Source: Alkanindiges illinoisensis DSM 15370
GTDB taxonomy: Bacteria; Pseudomonadota; Gammaproteobacteria; Pseudomonadales; Moraxellaceae
Direction of reading: 5' to 3'
NCBI RefSeq assembly: GCF_000619845.1
Contig: NZ_JHUX01000003.1
Span: forward strand, 880,064-912,063
Length of the DNA: 32,000 bases
A program made the translations under genes and the position numbers. The stretch's first letter is position 1; the number at the start of each line of letters is the position of its first letter. Under the pieces are notes generated by a model. That model worked only from the letters and a program-made list of their open reading frames with translations, ran no database searches and was not told where the DNA came from. Of the stretch, positions 27,046 to 32,000 are shown piece after piece.

Positions 27046-27329
27046 CCAAACGATTGAATCAACGACACCTACGGTCATTAAGTATACCGAAATGGTCAAA
27101 GGCAAGTTGGCATTACTTATGAAAGAAGTCCATTAAAAACCATATAAAAGGCCTGAGCTGCAGCCGTGGTGATTGAAATCAATGCTTAGTATATACGCTG
27201 GCAATACGTTATACGTGAATGGCTGAAGAATTGATAAAACTGTTTCCTCATATTGGGTCAGTGCGTGGGGAAAACTTAACCTGTCACAAATACTAATTTT
27301 CTAAAAATAATTAAGAAAATTCTAGAAAA

Positions 27330-27530
27330 TTAACTTAGCAAATACCACTTGTCGCTGCGGTAAACAATAAAGATCTGGGCAAGGGCTTTGGCAATCTGGG
27401 GTTTTGCCGTTCTACCACACGGTAATAATATTCCCTTATAAATTGGCAGCTCGCTGGTTCCATCAACAATACAAGCCAACTCCAGCTTATCACCTGAGCG
27501 GTTGATGAACTGATGCATTTCTTTTGCCAT
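27330..27530 (-). CDS. Hypothetical 66-aa protein, paralog A of a tandem pair
   Basis: The internal ATG at 27530 has AAGG 8 nt upstream and gives exactly 66 aa. An ungapped alignment shows 29/66 identity to the neighbouring ORF, including the C-terminal 'DKWYLL'. There is no signal peptide or TM helix. Confidence 0.55.
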   Translation of the reverse strand: MAKEMHQFINRSGDKLELACIVDGTSELPIYKGILLPCGRTAKPQIAKALAQIFIVYRSDKWYLLS

Positions 27531-27700
27531 AGAATGTACCTTATTCGTACTCTTAACTTTAGGCCTATTTGCATCCATCAATGCACTGTAACTTATCAAG
27601 CAAGCTGAGAAAATGACTAGGCTTATAAAAATATTAAAAGTCTTTTGTAAAAACGACCACTACTGAAATAGACAAATTGTAAGCAGTTAATAAAAAGGGC

Positions 27701-27901
27701 TTAATTGAGCAGATACCACTTATCTTCTTTATAAGTAATAAAAATATATTCATTACCCCATAAAAACTGGGGCTTTATTTTTGTTCCCTCAGGCAGAATT
27801 ACTTTTCTATAGACCATATGCCCATTGGCATGATCCATTTCACAAAGTAATTCAATTTTTTCACCCTCCCTGTTCACAAAATCATGAGGCTTCTTTAGCA
27901 T
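27701..27901 (-). CDS. Hypothetical 66-aa protein, paralog B of a tandem pair
   Basis: The ATG at 27901 has GGAG 6 nt upstream and gives exactly 66 aa. It is a paralog of 27330-27530. Confidence 0.55.
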   Translation of the reverse strand: MLKKPHDFVNREGEKIELLCEMDHANGHMVYRKVILPEGTKIKPQFLWGNEYIFITYKEDKWYLLN

Positions 27902-28340
27902 ATTAAACTCCGGCATTTATAGTCAGCTGCCAAACTTGAGTAGATGCTATTTAATATTAAGTTATTTTTAAAAAATAAAAGGTCAAAACTACGCAAAATA
28001 CACGCTGCTCACTGACCAGATATATTTATAAATAAGTTACTTATACAAAACCACTGCTCAGTATTAAACACGTTGCAAGCGTGGATGATTATCCAGACTT
28101 TTTACTTCACTTTAACGGTCTAGCGAAATTTAATCCTTTATTCCATCCAAAAGAGTTCTGTAAAAATTCTTTTTACCTAAATTTTCTTTTCAACCTTGCT
28201 GTTTTCAAGCAAATTCCCGTGGCTTACTCATGGCTGCGTCAGCTAGCCAAACACAATTAAAACCAATATTTTATTGGAATTGATAAGTGTTATTCTCTAT
28301 CATTCAGCAAGAATTTATTATCTGCTTTGTGCTGACAACT

Positions 28341-30803
28341 ATGCCCAATTGCTTCTTTTCTCATCAGTTTCAGTTAAATCCGCTCGCGGCTGCCCTGCTT
28401 GTCTGCTCTTTATCGCCAGCATATAGCCAGATCAGTTATGCACAGGAAACGACCAGCGAGAAAACCCCAGTCTCCCAAAACCCTGTCAATCCGACTGCAA
28501 CTGAAGAAGCGCAAGCCTTTTTTTCCCAGTATTATTTAAACCGTGAACAAATGGCCAGCTTGCCTATTGATCAGCAACGGCCTATTTCCGCCACCTGTCA
28601 TGGCACCTGGGTAACACCCATTGATATTAATACCAAGGCCGCAGACCCTGAACAGGCTACAACGGTAATTACCGCAGACTATGGTTATTATGACCCAACC
28701 CACGGTTCCGAACTTAGTGGTAATGTGCTGATTGACCAGCCTGGCCGTTCGGTACGCGCCGATAAAATCAATCTTGATGCCACCCAAACTGTCGCAACAG
28801 CCCAGGGCAATGTGCAGCTGATGGATGCCGGACTGCTGAGCAATAGTGACCGCGCGACTTATAATTTGAACAAGGAAACAGGCAAAATTAACGATAGCCT
28901 GTTTATTAGTGAGGCACAGCGTGCGCACGGACATGCGACTCTGATTGACCGTCAGGGCAATGGCATTACCCGTTTTGAAAATGCGATTTATTCCACTTGT
29001 GAACCCAGTACCAAGCCAGTCTGGCAGTTGCGGGCCAAGCAAATTGAATTAAATGAAAATACTGGGCGTGGTGTCACGCGCGATACCACGCTATATGTTA
29101 AAGATGTGCCTGTTATCAAGGTTCCCTATTTTAACTTTCCTATTGATGATCGCCGGACGTCAGGCTTTTTAGTACCTACCACGGGCTACAGTAATGATGG
29201 CGGGTTGCGCCTGAATGTGCCCTATTACTTTAACCTCGCGCCCAACTATGACCTGACGCTGGCACCGGGTTATTTAAGCCGTCGTGGGGTCATGCTGGAA
29301 GGCGAGTTTCGCTACCTGACCGAGAGCTTCGGCGCTGGTAAACTTTCTGGTGGCTACCTTCCTTCGGATAATTTGTTTGGTGAAGACCGTAAGGCCGGTA
29401 GTTATCAGCATGCGTGGCAAATTGATCCTTCATGGCGCACTGCCATTGACCTCAATTATGTGTCTGACAAGGATTATTATACCGATCTGGGCACTGATCC
29501 TTCCTCACAGAATATTTTAAATCAGGAACGCACCTGGAGCGTTTATTATGAAAACGGAATTCCCGGACTGACGGGTTTATTCCGGGTGCAATCATTTCAG
29601 ACCGTTGACAAGTCCATTCTGGATGCAGACAGACCTTATGCTCGTTTGCCGCAGTTACTGGTGAATTATCGCGGTGGCTCGCCATTTGGGTTGCAATATG
29701 AAGCGCAAAACGATACTGCCTATTTTAAAAAATCCATTGGTGATGGCTCAGCACTGGAAAGCAGTGGTACACGGATTTTTAACCGTCTTGCAGCAGGCTA
29801 CAACTGGCGTAATCAGTGGGGCTATGCCAAACCGGAAGTATCGGTTCGTAGCGTCAATACCTTTTACGATCAGGACAGTGTGGCCAGTCAGGGCTTAAAC
29901 CCGAATAATGATGACAATCAGCGCTCTGCTGTAGTTCCACAGTTTACTTTTGACTCGGCCATGGTATTTGAACGTGAAGGACGGTTTTTGCAGAGCATTA
30001 CGCCACGCTTCTTTTATGCCTATGCTCCCTATAAACAGCAAAGTAATTATCCCAATTTTGATACCACAACGGCCTCATTAAACTTTGACCAGTTGTTTAG
30101 TCCCTATCGTTTTTATGGTCATGATCGTCTGGATGACAACAATTTTGCCTCGCTGGGTGCGACCTATCGCGCCTATGACAATATTGGACTGGAACGCTTT
30201 CGGGTTGGTCTCGGTCAAAGCTATTATTTTAGTGATCGCAAGGTACGACTGGATGAAAATGATCCCATTGCCACTGAACACAATTCAGGACCTGCGCTTG
30301 CACTCGGCAGTCAGTTGAGCAGGAATTTTTCTATTAACGGTAATGCGTTATGGCTGGCTAATGGAGAGAATTCGCAGAATGATGTACAACTCAACTACAC
30401 AGGCAATGATGGTAGTATCTATAACACAGGGTATTATTACCGCCGTCAGGTAAAATCGCAAAACCAGCAATCCTATCAGCAGGTTACGGCAGGTTTTGTT
30501 CAGCCTTTGCGGGATCAATGGCGTGCTATGGGTTATATGCAATATGATATAAACAATAATCTGGCACGCGAATGGTTGCTGGGTTTTAACTATGATGCCT
30601 GTTGCTGGCGTGCATCGTTCTATGGTCGCTATTATTATAATGATCTGGATGATCCTACCTTGGCAGAGGTTAAACCCAAGCGTGCCATCATGATGGAAAT
30701 TACGCTCAAGGGTCTGGCCGGCTTTTCAGGTAATCTCGGCAATTTACTGCAACAAAAGATTTTAGGTTATCAACAGGTGGAAACATTGTGGAACGAACGC
30801 TAA
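28341..30803 (+). CDS. lptD: LPS-assembly outer-membrane protein LptD (OstA/Imp)
   Basis: About 820 aa. It has a signal-like N-terminus 'HQFQLNPLAAALLVCSLSPAYS', an OstA-N-like region, then a large beta-barrel with 'YYFNLAPNYDLTLAPGY'. surA follows. ATG at 28341 is preferred to the GTG at 28287. Confidence 0.93.
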   Translation: MPNCFFSHQFQLNPLAAALLVCSLSPAYSQISYAQETTSEKTPVSQNPVNPTATEEAQAFFSQYYLNREQMASLPIDQQRPISATCHGTWVTPIDINTKAADPEQATTVITADYGYYDPTHGSELSGNVLIDQPGRSVRADKINLDATQTVATAQGNVQLMDAGLLSNSDRATYNLNKETGKINDSLFISEAQRAHGHATLIDRQGNGITRFENAIYSTCEPSTKPVWQLRAKQIELNENTGRGVTRDTTLYVKDVPVIKVPYFNFPIDDRRTSGFLVPTTGYSNDGGLRLNVPYYFNLAPNYDLTLAPGYLSRRGVMLEGEFRYLTESFGAGKLSGGYLPSDNLFGEDRKAGSYQHAWQIDPSWRTAIDLNYVSDKDYYTDLGTDPSSQNILNQERTWSVYYENGIPGLTGLFRVQSFQTVDKSILDADRPYARLPQLLVNYRGGSPFGLQYEAQNDTAYFKKSIGDGSALESSGTRIFNRLAAGYNWRNQWGYAKPEVSVRSVNTFYDQDSVASQGLNPNNDDNQRSAVVPQFTFDSAMVFEREGRFLQSITPRFFYAYAPYKQQSNYPNFDTTTASLNFDQLFSPYRFYGHDRLDDNNFASLGATYRAYDNIGLERFRVGLGQSYYFSDRKVRLDENDPIATEHNSGPALALGSQLSRNFSINGNALWLANGENSQNDVQLNYTGNDGSIYNTGYYYRRQVKSQNQQSYQQVTAGFVQPLRDQWRAMGYMQYDINNNLAREWLLGFNYDACCWRASFYGRYYYNDLDDPTLAEVKPKRAIMMEITLKGLAGFSGNLGNLLQQKILGYQQVETLWNER

Positions 30804-30817
30804 TTACTCCTTACTTC

Positions 30818-32000
30818 ATGCGTCAGGCAATCAAATCGACGCTATTGGCCGCTTTATTAGCGTCATCGTTCATGGTTAATGCCGCTCAGGAGCCACTGGA
30901 TAAGGTGGTGGCAGTGGTTGATAACAGCATCATTCTGGAAAGTGAACTGGATCGTGCCATCGTTGCGGCAAAACAGCAGCTTACCCAGCGCAACCAGTCC
31001 ATTCCCCCTGACAACCTTTTACGCTCCGAAGTACTGCGTCAGGTTATCCTAAAGCGTGCCCAGCTTGAACGGGTCAAGCGTCTGGGTGTAACTATCGATG
31101 AAGCAAGCTTAAATGCCGCCGTTGCAGAAATTGCCAAGCAGGAAGGCGCCAGCAGTCTTGCTGATTTCCAGGCCAAGCTCGATGCACGAACCCCAGGTAA
31201 TTATGCAGCCCTGCGTCGCCAGATTAGTGATGACCTGAGTGTTAATCGCTTGCGTCAGCAACAGGTGAGTTCGCGCATCAAGGTAAGTGATCAGGACATT
31301 GATAATTTTCTGAACTCTCCTCAGGGTAAAAGTAGCTTAAATAGTGAAGTGCATGTAGCACACTTGCGGGTTGCCCTACCTGAGAATGCCAGTGCTACCC
31401 AAGTTCAGAATGCTGAGAACGTGGCCAATAAGCTGCGGACTGACCTGCAAGCCAGCAATGATGTAGATGCTGTGGTAAAACGCAACCAAAGCGCTAGCTA
31501 TCCTGTAGAAGGTGCAGATATGGGCTGGCGTAATACTGAAGAAATGCCTGATGAACTGGTTGCCAAAGTCAATGCACTTGACCTGAACCAGGTTACGCTA
31601 CCAATTCGTGCTGCAGATGGCTTTCATGTGCTTAAACTGCTGGAACGCCGTGGCAATGAAGCCCGCACCATTGTGCAGCAATTTAAAGTACGCCATATTT
31701 TGCTGCGTCCAAGTGAAGTATTAAGCCCCAGTGATGCCGAACAACAAATTAATCAGTTGTATAAACGCGCTGGCACTGAAAATTTTGCGGACTTGGCCAG
31801 TACGTTTTCCAGTGATCCGGGTTCAGCATCTAATGGCGGTGACCTTGGCTGGGTTAGTCCCGGCATGATGGTGCCACAATTTGAAGAAGTAATGCGCAAG
31901 ACACCGGTGGGTCAAATCAGTAAGCCGTTCCAGACCCAGTATGGCTGGCATATCCTGAAAGTAGAAGACACACGTCAGCAAGATGTCACTGAACAAACCC
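30818..32000 (+). CDS. surA: Periplasmic chaperone / peptidyl-prolyl isomerase SurA (3' end beyond the window)
   Basis: Not in the ORF track because it runs off the window. My translation gives the signal peptide 'MRQAIKSTLLAALLASSFMVNA|AQE', the SurA N-domain 'VVAVVDNSIILESEL', and parvulin motifs ('GFHVLKLLERR', 'GGDLGW', 'GWHILKVEDTR'). An in-frame GTG at 30788 with an AGGTGG Shine-Dalgarno is an alternative start. Confidence 0.9.
   Translation, partial: MRQAIKSTLLAALLASSFMVNAAQEPLDKVVAVVDNSIILESELDRAIVAAKQQLTQRNQSIPPDNLLRSEVLRQVILKRAQLERVKRLGVTIDEASLNAAVAEIAKQEGASSLADFQAKLDARTPGNYAALRRQISDDLSVNRLRQQQVSSRIKVSDQDIDNFLNSPQGKSSLNSEVHVAHLRVALPENASATQVQNAENVANKLRTDLQASNDVDAVVKRNQSASYPVEGADMGWRNTEEMPDELVAKVNALDLNQVTLPIRAADGFHVLKLLERRGNEARTIVQQFKVRHILLRPSEVLSPSDAEQQINQLYKRAGTENFADLASTFSSDPGSASNGGDLGWVSPGMMVPQFEEVMRKTPVGQISKPFQTQYGWHILKVEDTRQQDVTEQT

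Noticed and set aside
28080-28097. Possible oriC. Gene orientation switches from minus to plus in the AT-rich 26.4-28.3 kb region near rsmG-parAB. A convergent pair of DnaA-box-like 9-mers is present: TCATCCACG on the minus strand (7/9) and TTATCCAGA (8/9).
   Set aside because: There is only one such cluster. I saw no array of DnaA boxes, no repeated AT-rich 13-mer unwinding element, and no dnaA, mnmG or rpmH nearby. Divergent operons alone explain the strand switch. A cumulative GC-skew plot of the whole replicon would settle this.
28536-29042. 168-aa antisense ORF inside lptD, together with smaller antisense or out-of-frame ORFs at 29452-30542.
   Set aside because: They are fully nested in a well-supported lptD frame, with no Shine-Dalgarno and no recognisable domain.
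1-32000. Scan for CRISPR arrays, tRNA/rRNA genes, IS elements, integrases, toxin-antitoxin pairs and known defence-system signatures.
   Set aside because: I found no regularly spaced repeats, no tRNA-like T-arm/acceptor sequences, no transposase or recombinase-like ORFs, and no ORFs with nuclease, ATPase or reverse-transcriptase defence hallmarks by eye. tRNAscan-SE, ISfinder and DefenseFinder/PADLOC runs would be needed for certainty.

Overview
This window reads as chromosomal, mostly housekeeping DNA from a gamma-proteobacterium. Protein sequences and gene order look Moraxellaceae/Acinetobacter-like, but that is inference only. I call 36 CDS, 31 of them on the minus strand, tightly packed with several start/stop overlaps. 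The conserved blocks are: a NCS2 permease fragment and yaiL; pyrF-lapA-ihfB-rpsA-cmk; an SRPBCC protein, tadA, an ECH_2 hydrolase and ung; an HPP+CBS membrane protein; a long QueD/PTPS-like protein; the T2SS minor-pseudopilin operon gspHIJK; tetR-tatD-pilZ-holB; kdsB-lpxK-msbA preceded by a TonB-less exbB-exbD pair; parB-parA-rsmG; and murU-amgK placed divergently from lptD-surA. I recognised no rRNA, tRNA, CRISPR array, IS element, integrase or known defence system. The only clearly accessory stretch is a low-GC spacer of about 2 kb (26.36-28.34 kb) inside the otherwise conserved amgK/lptD junction. It carries a small 4-TM protein, two tandem 66-aa paralogs of unknown family, and a 450-nt ORF-free tract with a strand-asymmetric hairpin. 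This spacer is my best candidate for something undescribed, but the evidence is thin. Secondary observations: exbD-msbA translational coupling; a terminator hairpin that contains the lapA stop codon just upstream of a TTG-initiated pyrF; no lapB at its expected position; unusual pseudopilin leaders and a GspJ tail; and a split parS-like repeat upstream of parA.
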